32,000 nt of DNA from Alkanindiges sp. WGS2144 (GTDB lineage: Bacteria; Pseudomonadota; Gammaproteobacteria; Pseudomonadales; Moraxellaceae), in NCBI RefSeq assembly GCF_043950625.1, contig NZ_CP171007.1; one strand, written 5' to 3'. The notes under the pieces were generated by a model that did not search any database, was not told where the DNA came from, and worked only from the letters and a program-made list of their open reading frames with translations. This document shows positions 1 to 9,299 of this stretch, piece by piece; positions within the stretch are counted from its first letter, which is position 1; every line of letters begins with the position of its first letter. A program made the translations under genes and the position numbers.

Positions 1-1727
1 CCAATGCGTTGCTCCAGCACATCCGGATTAGACGGTAAATCGAATAAAATCAGGTCACTGGCAAACTGAAAATTACGACCTTCTGAACCAATTTCTGAAC
101 ACAATAAAATTTGGGCACCATAGCCCTCTTCAGCAAAATAAGCCGCGGCCTGATCCCGCTCCAGCAAGCTCATGCCTTCATGGAACATGGCTGTACGAAT
201 ACCACCATGAATGCGCAGTACTGTTTCCAGAGCTTCAACCACCGGGCCACTCCGCGCAATCAGCAATACTTTTTTGTGCTTTAAGTCTTTGCGCAATATG
301 TCCAGCAGCCAAGGCAAACGAGGATCATGCTCCATCCACGAGCCATCAAGCTGGGTTTCTTCAAACCACATTTGCTCACGCAGCTTGCCGGTTAATGGCC
401 AATGCTCAGGCGCTGGTAATGGCACAGGTAAGCAATCACGTCCAGGAAAACCCTGGATGGCTTCACGCGTGTTACGAAATAAAATCCGGCCAGTACCATG
501 ACGATCCAGCAGTTCATTAATGGCTTTATAACGCGCCTCACTGTCCTGCTCGACTTCATGCCCCAGCAATTCGATCAGTATCTGTTGGTGTTGTTCCGTT
601 AAAAGCTCATCAGACATCAACACTTCAGCAATTTGTGCAGTCTGGCTATATTGGGCTTCTTCTTCTAAAAAGTGATCCAGTGTGTCAAAACGTTGTGGAT
701 CAAGCAGGCGCAAGCGGGCAAAATGACTATCGACGCCGAGCTGTTCTGGAGTTGCAGTGAGCAATAATACCCCGGGTGTCTGGTTGGCAAACTCCTCTAC
801 CAGCTCATAGCGGTCATTGCCTACGCCTTCGCCCGTCTCCGGGTCTTCATGCCAGGTTAAATGGTGTGCTTCATCAATGACCAGCAAGTCAAAACCAGCT
901 TCCAGTGCCTGTTGTTTTAAATCATCATGATCCAGCAATAAATCAATGCTGGCAATGATGCATTGTTCGGTTAAGAATGGATTGGCGCCCTCATCGTGTT
1001 CTTTAATCGATGCGGTACGGGTGAGATCAAATAACGAGAACTGTAGATTGAAACGACGACGCATTTCAATCATCCACTGATATTGCAATGAATCCGGCAC
1101 CAAAATTAAAATGCGTTCACTGCGGCCAGTTTGTAATTGCTGATGAATAATCAGGCCAGCTTCAATGGTTTTGCCAAGACCCACTTCATCAGCCAATAAT
1201 ACGCGCGGTGCCAGACGACGACCCACTTCATGCGCAATATAAAGCTGATGCGGAATTAAACCCACGCGTGGGCCAAGCAAACCACGTAAAGGACTGGTGG
1301 CCATGCGGCTTTGCATCAGCAAGGCTTCGATACGCAGGTCATACCATTCTTTGGATTCAATCTGGCTAGCCAGCAAGCGGTCTAATGGTCGTGCAAGCTG
1401 AATATTGGCACCCAGACGGGTTTCATTCATGCTTTTGCGCTGCTCACCATTGGGGCATATCACATGGTAACGCATGACTCCACGTACATCTTCAGCCTGT
1501 TCTACCTGCCACTCATTGCCTTCCTGATCGTTAAACCAGTCGCCCGCTTTAAAAATAATACGGGATAAGGGGGCGTTGGCGCGGGCGTATACCCGGGTTT
1601 CATCACTTTTTGGGAATAAAATGCTGATCGTTCGCTCGTCAACATCGACCAGAACCCCCAAGCCAAGCTCCGACTCTGTGTCTGATAACCAGCGTTGTCC
1701 AATAGCAAAATCCTGCAATTTATTCAC
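1..1727 (-). CDS. rapA: RNA polymerase-associated SNF2-family ATPase RapA (HepA); 3' end lies beyond window position 1
   Basis: The minus-strand frame is open from 1727 to 1 (575 codons) and is absent from the ORF track because there is no stop in the window. The N-terminus reads [58 protein letters not shown], which matches the RapA N-terminal signature GQRW.[10 protein letters not shown]. Walker A is [15 protein letters not shown] (about 1150-1200) and the DEAH box is [11 protein letters not shown] (about 860-900). The window edge reads [27 protein letters not shown]. The start is non-ATG: GTG at 1727 or TTG at 1718, with GAAGG just upstream. Confidence 0.9.
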   Translation of the reverse strand, partial: [575 protein letters not shown]

Positions 1728-1924
1728 CTTCACTGTTGCAATTATGACAGCACCTGCATACCCACAGCCATCAGGAGCGGGAACACCTGTGCGGCGCGCA
1801 TTCTCTCATATCTGCCTGATCTTTTGCTGTGTTTTTTGCACAAAATAGCCGTTAAACTGTGCGATAAGACCCTGACGACCCAAAGCATTGGCACATCTAT
1901 GGCGGGATTGATAAGGTGCTGTGT

Positions 1925-2569
1925 CTAAAATGGTGCTGGACAATTAAAATTCAACTTCTCACCGCTCACTGGATGAAAAAAAGACAACTGTTCAGCATGC
2001 AGACACAAACGCGGCATTAACTCCCGATCCGCAGCGCTTGCATACAAAGTATCCCCAATAATGGCATGGCCCAGATACTGCATATGCACCCGTAGCTGAT
2101 GCGAGCGCCCAGTAATCGGTATGAGCTTAACCCGTGTTACGGGTTGGCCGTAAATCTCAAATTGCTCTAATGCCTGCCAGTGGGTTAATGCCGGTTTATT
2201 AAAATGCGGATCGGCAATATGCAGTGGTGGCCGGGTGGGATCATAATTGACTGGCACATCGACACTACCCTTGCCAGTTAAGTAGCCGCTCACCAGCGCG
2301 TGATACTGCTTATCTGTTTGCCTTTCCTGAAACTGTTTTGAAATGTGACTTTGGGCAGCTTTGTTTAAGGCAAACACCAGTATGCCAGAGGTATCCCGAT
2401 CCAGCCGGTGAATCAGCAAAATACTGGGTTCAATCGCCTGCAAGCGCGTAAGCACACTATCTAATAAATGCTCGCCTTTACCCGGTACGGTTAATAGTCC
2501 GGCTGGTTTATTGATAATAAGAAAATGTTCATCACGGCGTAGCAGGGTTTGGGTTAGAAAGTTGACCAT
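1925..2569 (-). CDS. rluA: RluA-family 23S rRNA/tRNA pseudouridine synthase
   Basis: This is a 214-aa ORF. It carries the catalytic-Asp motif HRLDRDTSGILVFA and the SHQLRVH motif typical of the RluA family. It lies next to rapA, as rapA and rluA do in enterobacteria, although the gene order differs here. Confidence 0.8.
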   Translation of the reverse strand: MVNFLTQTLLRRDEHFLIINKPAGLLTVPGKGEHLLDSVLTRLQAIEPSILLIHRLDRDTSGILVFALNKAAQSHISKQFQERQTDKQYHALVSGYLTGKGSVDVPVNYDPTRPPLHIADPHFNKPALTHWQALEQFEIYGQPVTRVKLIPITGRSHQLRVHMQYLGHAIIGDTLYASAADRELMPRLCLHAEQLSFFHPVSGEKLNFNCPAPF

Positions 2570-2580
2570 ATCATTTTAAA

Positions 2581-2624
2581 GCAAAAACTAAAAATACCGC
2601 AGCAGCATCAACTGCGAACTGCGG
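2581..2624 (-). terminator. Rho-independent terminator downstream of hemL
   Basis: On the minus strand the sequence reads CCGCAG-N16-CTGCGG (forward arms 2597-2602 and 2619-2624). It is followed by TATTTTTAGTTTTTGC (forward 2581-2596). It lies 24 nt after the hemL stop. Confidence 0.6.
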
Positions 2625-2647
2625 CTTTAACTTATGGGATTAAGTAA

Positions 2648-3955
2648 CTACGCACGGGTCATCTCGGCAAACACATCACGGGCAGCATGAATAGTATTTT
2701 CAATATCTGCATCACTATGCGCACTGGAAATAAAGCCGGCTTCAAAGGCTGAGGGTGCCAGATAAACTCCACGTCTTAACATGCCATGGAAAAACTGTTT
2801 GAATGCGTCCAGATTGGTGCGGGTCATGGCCTCAAAGCTGGACAAATCATCTGAATCAGTAAAGTAAAGACCGAACATACCACCAACAGCCTGAGTTTTA
2901 AATGCAACACCCGCTTCATCTGCCGCCTGTTGCAAGCCTGTCAGCAGTTTCGCTAGTTGTGCCTCCAGCTTTTCATAAAAGCCCGGCTGGGTTAAATGCT
3001 TAAACATGGCAAGACCCGCTCGCATGGCTAGTGGATTGCCCGATAGCGTGCCCGCCTGATACACCCCGCCCAATGGCGCAATACATTGCATGATTTCTTT
3101 TTTACCGCCAAAGGCACCCACCGGCAAGCCAGCACCGATAATTTTACCCAAAGTGGTAATGTCAGCCTGTACGCCATAACGGCCTTGCGCACCACCCAGC
3201 CCCACGCGAAAACCAGTCATGACTTCATCAATAATTAGCACACTGCCTGCTTTGTCACACTCATCACGCAGGCATTGCAAAAAGCCATCCTTAGGAATAA
3301 CCAGATTCATATTGCCTGCCACCGGCTCCACAATCACTCCGGCAATCTGGCTGCCAAATTCAGCAAAGCATTGCTGTACCGCTGCAATGTCGTTATAGGG
3401 CAATACAATGGTATGCTTGGCAAAATCTTCCGGTACGCCCAGTGAAGTTGGTTCACCCAGAGTCAGCATGCCGGAACCTGCTTTTACCAGCAGGGAGTCA
3501 GCATGACCATGATAGCAGCCCTCGAACTTGATAATTTTGTCACGGCCGGTGTAACCACGCGCCAAACGAATCGCGCTCATACAAGCTTCGGTGCCAGAGC
3601 TGGTCATACGTACCATATCAATCGATGGCATAATGTCGCAAATCAGGTCAGCTACTGTGGTTTCAAATGGTGTGGGCGCACCAAAACTTAAACCATCAGC
3701 AGCAGCCTGCTGTACAGCCTGCACAATATCAGGGTGCGAATGCCCCAGGATCATAGGCCCCCAGGAGCCCACGTAATCAATATACTGCTTGCCTGCGGCA
3801 TCCCATAAATAAGCACCTTTAGCCTTGGTCATAAAAACCGGCGTACCACCCACGCCCTTAAATGCCCGTACAGGTGAATTTACCCCACCTGGAATATGCT
3901 TGCTGGCTGCTGCAAAAAGTTCAGCATTTGAATGATCTGAAAAAGGCTGATTCAT
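2648..3955 (-). CDS. hemL: Glutamate-1-semialdehyde 2,1-aminomutase
   Basis: Similarity to HemL runs the full length: [22 protein letters not shown] and the PLP-lysine context [11 protein letters not shown] prefer the ATG at 3955 (MNQPFSDH...) over the track start at 3970, which has no RBS. Confidence 0.95.
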   Translation of the reverse strand: MNQPFSDHSNAELFAAASKHIPGGVNSPVRAFKGVGGTPVFMTKAKGAYLWDAAGKQYIDYVGSWGPMILGHSHPDIVQAVQQAAADGLSFGAPTPFETTVADLICDIMPSIDMVRMTSSGTEACMSAIRLARGYTGRDKIIKFEGCYHGHADSLLVKAGSGMLTLGEPTSLGVPEDFAKHTIVLPYNDIAAVQQCFAEFGSQIAGVIVEPVAGNMNLVIPKDGFLQCLRDECDKAGSVLIIDEVMTGFRVGLGGAQGRYGVQADITTLGKIIGAGLPVGAFGGKKEIMQCIAPLGGVYQAGTLSGNPLAMRAGLAMFKHLTQPGFYEKLEAQLAKLLTGLQQAADEAGVAFKTQAVGGMFGLYFTDSDDLSSFEAMTRTNLDAFKQFFHGMLRRGVYLAPSAFEAGFISSAHSDADIENTIHAARDVFAEMTRA

Positions 3956-4053
3956 AAGGCACCACAACATAAAAATAAAATACGCATTAGTGTAGCGCGA
4001 TGTGGTGGCTTTAGGGTTGCTAATTGTTTAACCCATTAAATGTTTAACTGGTT

Positions 4054-4599
4054 TTAGGGCAAAACAATATTGCTGAGCTTCCAGTCCAGTCCAGAACGGG
4101 TCAACACATAGTTCACCTGAGTGCCATCAGGACGCTGCTGCTGTACCTGAAAGGTTGAAAAATCTTCAAAACCTGCTTGCCATTGCCTGGCAGCACTACT
4201 TTCTTCAGGTTGCTCAGTTTCCTGTCCGGAAGTTGACAATGGCCAGGCATCAATTTTTTTTAATTCACGCTCAAATAACCGCTGACCTTTAATATAAAGA
4301 ATCAGCGAAGAAGGATTAATGATCTGCTTAAGCATCAGGTCAAAGGTTTTTTCGGTCGTATTTAAAGCCAGCAACCCAAAAAAACTACCATTTTGCTGCT
4401 CAATGCGCTGTTGTAGTTTTTCCCTAAACTGGGTTTTAAGATTCTGCCGGACAGCGACAAAGTCAACATGCTGTGCTAACTTGTCCTCATTTTGCTGCTC
4501 AACTGCCTGTTTGATTTGATAAACGGTATAGTAAGGGCCTGCCACTTGCCAGATGACAAAAGCCAGACAGACCAGAACTGCAGCCCATAGCTTTTTCAT
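4054..4599 (-). CDS. Membrane-anchored protein of unknown function, DUF2939-like
   Basis: The ATG at 4599 is preceded by GTGAGGT. The N-terminus has a TM/signal anchor, MKKLWAAVLVCLAFVIWQVAG, followed by PYYTVYQIKQAVEQQNEDKLAQHVDFVAVRQNLKTQF. From memory this resembles DUF2939 proteins, so the family call is tentative. Confidence 0.55.
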   Translation of the reverse strand: MKKLWAAVLVCLAFVIWQVAGPYYTVYQIKQAVEQQNEDKLAQHVDFVAVRQNLKTQFREKLQQRIEQQNGSFFGLLALNTTEKTFDLMLKQIINPSSLILYIKGQRLFERELKKIDAWPLSTSGQETEQPEESSAARQWQAGFEDFSTFQVQQQRPDGTQVNYVLTRSGLDWKLSNIVLP

Positions 4600-4734
4600 A
4601 AACCTCACCACGCCTCAACCCACGAGTTGCACAGCCTAACCAATTACATGCCGTTACATAACTTACTTTTATGGGCATCTTCGTTATTTAATGTAAAAAC
4701 TATTCTGCTCACTCATATTGCGCTTAAGGCTGCT

Positions 4735-5355
4735 TTATACGCTCATTTTTAGCAAGTTAACCCATTGCTGTGCCCGCTGAGCAACCTGTGGCAAGGGCAA
4801 ATTTAATACATCGCCAATCACTGCAAACAGATCCAGTCCTGCTTCAACCAGCGGTTTGCTATTTTCCACAGTCAGGCCACCAATTGCACAAACCGGTACA
4901 TCAAAATACTGGCGAGCCTGCTGCAATACTGCCAGTGACACTTCTTTTGCTTCAGGTTTGGATGCAGACGGATAAACCGTACCAAAAGCCAGATAGCTTG
5001 CTCCCTCCTCTGCCGCCTGCTTAGCCAGTTCAAGTGAGGCATGACAGGTACGACCAATAATGACCTTATCTCCCAGTATTTTTCTTGCCTCAGGCAGCGA
5101 ACCATCACGCTGCCCCAAGTGCAAGCCACAGCCAAACTGCCGGGCATGCTCCAGCTGATCATTAATAATCAGTGGTACCTGATACAACTGACACAGCCTG
5201 ATTAACTGTTCAATTTCGGCCAGTTGATCAACCCCTGTAACCTGCTTGCGCCGATACTGAAGCAGAGCAATAGGTGCCGCGTCTAAAGCAAGCTGAAGCT
5301 TTTGTTGCAATAGACTAAACTCATCGTCGTTTGTAATTAAATACAGGCCACGCAT
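4735..5355 (-). CDS. thiE: Thiamine-phosphate synthase
   Basis: The sequence is ThiE-like: MRGLYLITNDD..., LQYRRK, HLGQRDG and AIGG near the C-terminus. The track extension to 5409 (GTG) reads straight through a terminator hairpin, so I prefer the ATG at 5355. Confidence 0.88.
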   Translation of the reverse strand: MRGLYLITNDDEFSLLQQKLQLALDAAPIALLQYRRKQVTGVDQLAEIEQLIRLCQLYQVPLIINDQLEHARQFGCGLHLGQRDGSLPEARKILGDKVIIGRTCHASLELAKQAAEEGASYLAFGTVYPSASKPEAKEVSLAVLQQARQYFDVPVCAIGGLTVENSKPLVEAGLDLFAVIGDVLNLPLPQVAQRAQQWVNLLKMSV

Positions 5356-5370
5356 GCTTAAAATGCTCTT

Positions 5371-5411
5371 GAAAATAAAAAAGTGCAGCACATTAAAAAT
5401 CTGCTGCACTT
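5371..5411 (-). terminator. Strong rho-independent terminator between purF and thiE
   Basis: A perfect 10-bp stem pairs AAGTGCAGCA with TGCTGCACTT (forward 5381-5390 and 5402-5411) around an 11-nt loop. On the minus strand it is followed by TTTTTTATTTTC. Confidence 0.75.
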
Positions 5412-5510
5412 AACCAGAATTAAAGGCTATCTTGAATAATAGCCCTTCCAAAAAGAGTTGCTATGGAAACATACTTTATGGAATAGCTATTTCCCATATA
5501 AAGATACGTT

Positions 5511-7055
5511 TTAGGCTTCGGCTTTAATACCCGTCATATCTACTGGCGTATGCTCTGACGAGATATCAATGATGTCATTTTTCTTGGCTATTTTGGCCTT
5601 ATCATTACGGCGAGCCTCCAGACGATCCAGATAACCCTCATCAATTCCTTTGGTTACATACACGCCATTAAATACTGAGCAGTCAAATTCTTTAACGGGT
5701 GACTTACGGCTACGGGTCGCTTCGATTAAGTCTTCCAGATCCTGATAAATCAGCCGGTCTGCGCCGATAATCTTGCGCACTTCTTCCACCGTATGACCTG
5801 CGGCAATCAGCTCACTCTTGGCAGGCATATCAATGCCATAAACATTGGGGAATTTTACTGGTGGCGCTGCTGAGGCAAAAAATACCTTGGCTGCACCGGA
5901 TTCGCGTGCCATCTGGATAATTTCCTGACAGGTGGTACCACGCACAATGGAATCATCAATTAACAGCACATTTTTGCCCTGAAATTCCAGTTCAACCGGA
6001 TTAAGCTTCTGACGTACTGATTTTTTACGCTGCTGCTGACCGGGCATAATGAAAGTGCGGCCAATGTAGCGGTTTTTCATAAAGCCTTCACGGAACTTGA
6101 CGCCTAAATGGTGAGCCAGTTCCAGTGCAGCAGTACGACTCGTATCAGGAATAGGAATAATCACATCAATCCCGTGATCCTTGCCCCACTCACGCAGAAT
6201 TTTCTGTGCCAGTTTTTCACCCATACGCAGGCGCGATTTATACACCGAAATACCATCAATAATGGAATCCGGTCGGGCAAAATACACATACTCAAAAATA
6301 CACGGTGCATATTTTGGATTTTTAGCACATTGCTTGGTAAAAATCTGTCCGTCTGTATCAATAAAAATGGCTTCGCCTGGTGCGACATCACGGATGACCT
6401 TAAAGCCCAGAGAGGTTAGCGCCACCGATTCAGAAGCAATCATATATTCGGTGCCGCCAGTCTCGTTAAGGCGCATGCCATAAATGAGTGGGCGGATACC
6501 ATGCGGATCGCGAAAACCCAGCAAACCATGACCAGTAATCATGGCAACTACAGCATAGGCACCTTCACAGCGCATATGAACCTTGCTGACCGCTTCAAAT
6601 ACTTCTTTTTCAGTAGGGATTTCTTTACCAATTGCTTGCAGCTCATGAGCCAGCACGTTAAGCAGTACTTCTGAATCTGAGTCAGTATTGATATGACGCA
6701 AATCTGTCTTAAACAGATCCTTACTAATATCCAGCGCATTGGTCAAATTACCATTATGCGCCAGGGTAATCCCATACGGGGAGTTAACATAAAACGGCTG
6801 GGCTTCGGCACTGCTGGAAGAACCGGCAGTCGGGTAACGCACATGGCCAATGCCAAAATTACCCACCAGACGCATCATATGCCGCATCTGGAACACATCA
6901 CGCACCATGCCGTTTTCCTTGCGCAGAAACAAGCGGCCATTCTGACAGGTCACGATGCCTGCGGCATCCTGTCCACGATGCTGTAACATGGTTAGGGCAT
7001 CATATAACGTTTGGTTAACCGGTGAACGACCAGCAACACCAACGACTCCACACAT
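5511..7055 (-). CDS. purF: Amidophosphoribosyltransferase
   Basis: The MCGVVGV N-terminal nucleophile Cys is present. The protein is a glutamine amidotransferase type 2 domain plus a PRTase domain ([13 protein letters not shown]), 514 aa. The cvpA-purF synteny matches E. coli. Confidence 0.97.
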   Translation of the reverse strand: MCGVVGVAGRSPVNQTLYDALTMLQHRGQDAAGIVTCQNGRLFLRKENGMVRDVFQMRHMMRLVGNFGIGHVRYPTAGSSSSAEAQPFYVNSPYGITLAHNGNLTNALDISKDLFKTDLRHINTDSDSEVLLNVLAHELQAIGKEIPTEKEVFEAVSKVHMRCEGAYAVVAMITGHGLLGFRDPHGIRPLIYGMRLNETGGTEYMIASESVALTSLGFKVIRDVAPGEAIFIDTDGQIFTKQCAKNPKYAPCIFEYVYFARPDSIIDGISVYKSRLRMGEKLAQKILREWGKDHGIDVIIPIPDTSRTAALELAHHLGVKFREGFMKNRYIGRTFIMPGQQQRKKSVRQKLNPVELEFQGKNVLLIDDSIVRGTTCQEIIQMARESGAAKVFFASAAPPVKFPNVYGIDMPAKSELIAAGHTVEEVRKIIGADRLIYQDLEDLIEATRSRKSPVKEFDCSVFNGVYVTKGIDEGYLDRLEARRNDKAKIAKKNDIIDISSEHTPVDMTGIKAEA

Positions 7056-7095
7056 AACAACCTCGCAGACAGGCTAGGTAAACAAATAAAAAATT

Positions 7096-7689
7096 TCAGG
7101 AAAACGGATTAGGCACAGTAGTATGGTTATCCCGGCGGCTCACATTATGCCCATACTGGTCGGAATCCACAGCTTCAGCATCCTCCCCGCCGTTAGATGA
7201 TTTTACTTCATCCCATACCTGTCCTGCCACATGTTGTGACATTTCTATGGCCACAGGGGCATAAGGAGACAATAGCGCCACCATATGAGATTTTTGCCAG
7301 TAAGGCGACTCAGCCACCCATGGCCCCAGCAACTGAATGGCAATCATTAAAATCAGACTGCCCTTGGCTGCACCAAAAATGCCACCGGCCGCCTGCTCAG
7401 TAAGACCTAGTTTTAACGCCTTGAGTAGCTTGCGTAGTATATTGCCAATGATTGCAGCAATAAATAGAACTATGGCAGCAATCAGGGCAAAAGCAGCAAT
7501 TTTTTGTACAACAGGATCCTGGGTGAGCAGCTCAAAGCGAGGCGCCAGAACAGGTGCAAATCGGGTGCCAAGTATCAGAGCCAGCAGCCAGCCAGCCAGA
7601 CTGGTTAAAGAGCGAATCAGGCCACGCCGTAGCCCTGTCCAGGTTGCCCACATGAGAATCACCACGCTGGCGATATCCAGATAATTCAT
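7096..7689 (-). CDS. cvpA: Colicin V production protein CvpA-family membrane protein
   Basis: The protein has four predicted hydrophobic segments and sits immediately upstream of purF, the conserved cvpA-purF arrangement. Relative to E. coli CvpA it has an acidic C-terminal tail of about 35 aa. Confidence 0.8.
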   Translation of the reverse strand: MNYLDIASVVILMWATWTGLRRGLIRSLTSLAGWLLALILGTRFAPVLAPRFELLTQDPVVQKIAAFALIAAIVLFIAAIIGNILRKLLKALKLGLTEQAAGGIFGAAKGSLILMIAIQLLGPWVAESPYWQKSHMVALLSPYAPVAIEMSQHVAGQVWDEVKSSNGGEDAEAVDSDQYGHNVSRRDNHTTVPNPFS

Positions 7690-7695
7690 GATGTG

Positions 7696-8712
7696 TTAGC
7701 GCATTGTCCTAACACAATCATTAATAAGGTCTGGCCCCTGGTAAATCAAGCCGCTATAAATTTGAACCAAAGATGCGCCAGCATCCATTTTGGCCCTGGC
7801 CTGTTCACCGGTTAAAATTCCGCCTACCCCGATTAAGGGAACACGTCCTTGCAAATGCGTTGAGAATGCCTTAAGGCATGCTGTGCTGCGCTCAAATACT
7901 GGTGCACCAGACAAGCCGCCCGCCTCTTCACCATGCGGTAAATCACTCACGCCGTCACGCGATAGGGTAGTATTGGTCGTAATTAGCCCGTCAATCTGAA
8001 AATGGATTAACTGTTCACTAATAAAAGCAATATCCTCTCCTGTTAAATCAGGCGCTACCTTTAAAACCAGCGGTACATAATGCCGGTATTTTTCAGCCAG
8101 ACACAGTTGCCGCTCTTTGAGTTGCTTTAATAAGTCAGTGAGCGCCTCACCGCTTTGTAGGCTACGCAGCCCTTTGGTGTTGGGAGATGAAATATTTACC
8201 GTAATATAAGAAGCAAACTGGTAGACCTTATTCAGGCAGAACAGGTAATCATCAACTGCATTTTCTACAGGCGTATCGGCATTTTTGCCAATATTAATAC
8301 CCAGCACGCCCTTATATTTGGCAGCCTTGACATTTTCTACCAGTTGATCCACGCCATCATTATTAAAACCCATACGGTTAATAATGGCCTGTGCCTCTGG
8401 CAAGCGGAACAAACGGGGGTGCGGGTTGCCCTGCTGTGGCCGTGGGGTGATGGTGCCAATTTCAATAAAACCAAAACCCAGCGCTGCCAGGGCATCTATA
8501 TATTCACCATTTTTATCCAGCCCGGCCGCAAGACCTACCGGGTTATCAAACCTGATGCCCATGCAATCCACAGGCTGACTAATTTTTGTATATAAACGGG
8601 ATAGCAAACCGGTTTTTTCGGCAAGCTTGAGTGAACTTAGTGTTGCGTTGTGCGCACGTTCAGGTGCCATGGCAAACAGGGCAGGACGTGTAAACTGATA
8701 CAACATGGACAA
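7696..8712 (-). CDS. pyrD: Dihydroorotate dehydrogenase (quinone), class 2
   Basis: The protein is 338 aa. Motifs include GFNNDG, NISSPNT and GVGGI, with full-length PyrD-like organisation. Confidence 0.95.
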   Translation of the reverse strand: MSMLYQFTRPALFAMAPERAHNATLSSLKLAEKTGLLSRLYTKISQPVDCMGIRFDNPVGLAAGLDKNGEYIDALAALGFGFIEIGTITPRPQQGNPHPRLFRLPEAQAIINRMGFNNDGVDQLVENVKAAKYKGVLGINIGKNADTPVENAVDDYLFCLNKVYQFASYITVNISSPNTKGLRSLQSGEALTDLLKQLKERQLCLAEKYRHYVPLVLKVAPDLTGEDIAFISEQLIHFQIDGLITTNTTLSRDGVSDLPHGEEAGGLSGAPVFERSTACLKAFSTHLQGRVPLIGVGGILTGEQARAKMDAGASLVQIYSGLIYQGPDLINDCVRTMR

Positions 8713-8804
8713 AACAGGCCGGATGTAATAAAAACATGATTATAACGGGCTTGCCGGTCATATTCTACCGGCACGCTCCAAACGACTGTTATATTTTGCC
8801 TTTA

Positions 8805-9287
8805 TCAACCCGCAGTCAGGCTCATCAGCGCCTTTAACTGCAACTCACCTGATGCACTCTGGCTAATATCCAGTTGCTGAATACTTACCCCTTGCTCAGC
8901 AACCCGTGACAGCCAGCTTCCCAGTACCGCAAAACTTTGATGCGTTACCACCACCTGAACCTGCTCACCGGCTGGCATTTGCGATACTGTCAAACCCTGA
9001 TTCTGTGCGGTGGTCTGAATAATCATATTCAGTGGCATTTGTTCGCCCTGTGACTGGCGGATATTGGGTGCCTGGGAGCGCATCCACAACAATAACTCAC
9101 GCTGCTCAGTCGCTCGCAACTGGGCTGTATCTGCCATACTGTGAAGTTTCCAGATGCTATAGCCGGTACCAAACACCACCAGAAAAACCGTCAGGATAAT
9201 CAATGCCAAGCGGTCACGTGGTGTCTGCTGGTCTAGCCACTGCTGTAATTGATCAATACGCTGATTAATAATAGTTGCTGGTTTCAT
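8805..9287 (-). CDS. gspM: Type II secretion system protein M
   Basis: The protein is 160 aa. It has a short cytoplasmic N-terminus, one TM (LALIILTVFLVVFGTGYSIW) and a periplasmic domain. It starts 12 nt after the GspL-like gene. The call rests on size, topology and context. Confidence 0.7.
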   Translation of the reverse strand: MKPATIINQRIDQLQQWLDQQTPRDRLALIILTVFLVVFGTGYSIWKLHSMADTAQLRATEQRELLLWMRSQAPNIRQSQGEQMPLNMIIQTTAQNQGLTVSQMPAGEQVQVVVTHQSFAVLGSWLSRVAEQGVSIQQLDISQSASGELQLKALMSLTAG

Positions 9288-9299
9288 ATTGATCTCAAA

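Noticed and set aside
1-1727. An SNF2-family helicase at the window edge might have been part of a defence island (DISARM/BREX-like).
   Set aside because: The N-terminus carries the RapA-specific [15 protein letters not shown] signature, and the gene sits beside an rluA-like gene in a housekeeping context. It is the RNA-polymerase recycling factor, not a defence gene.
5356-5409. An N-terminal extension of thiE appears in the ORF track (GTG start at 5409).
   Set aside because: The extension is translated straight through the 10-bp terminator stem and U-run. ThiE homology begins at the ATG at 5355 (MRGLYLITNDD).
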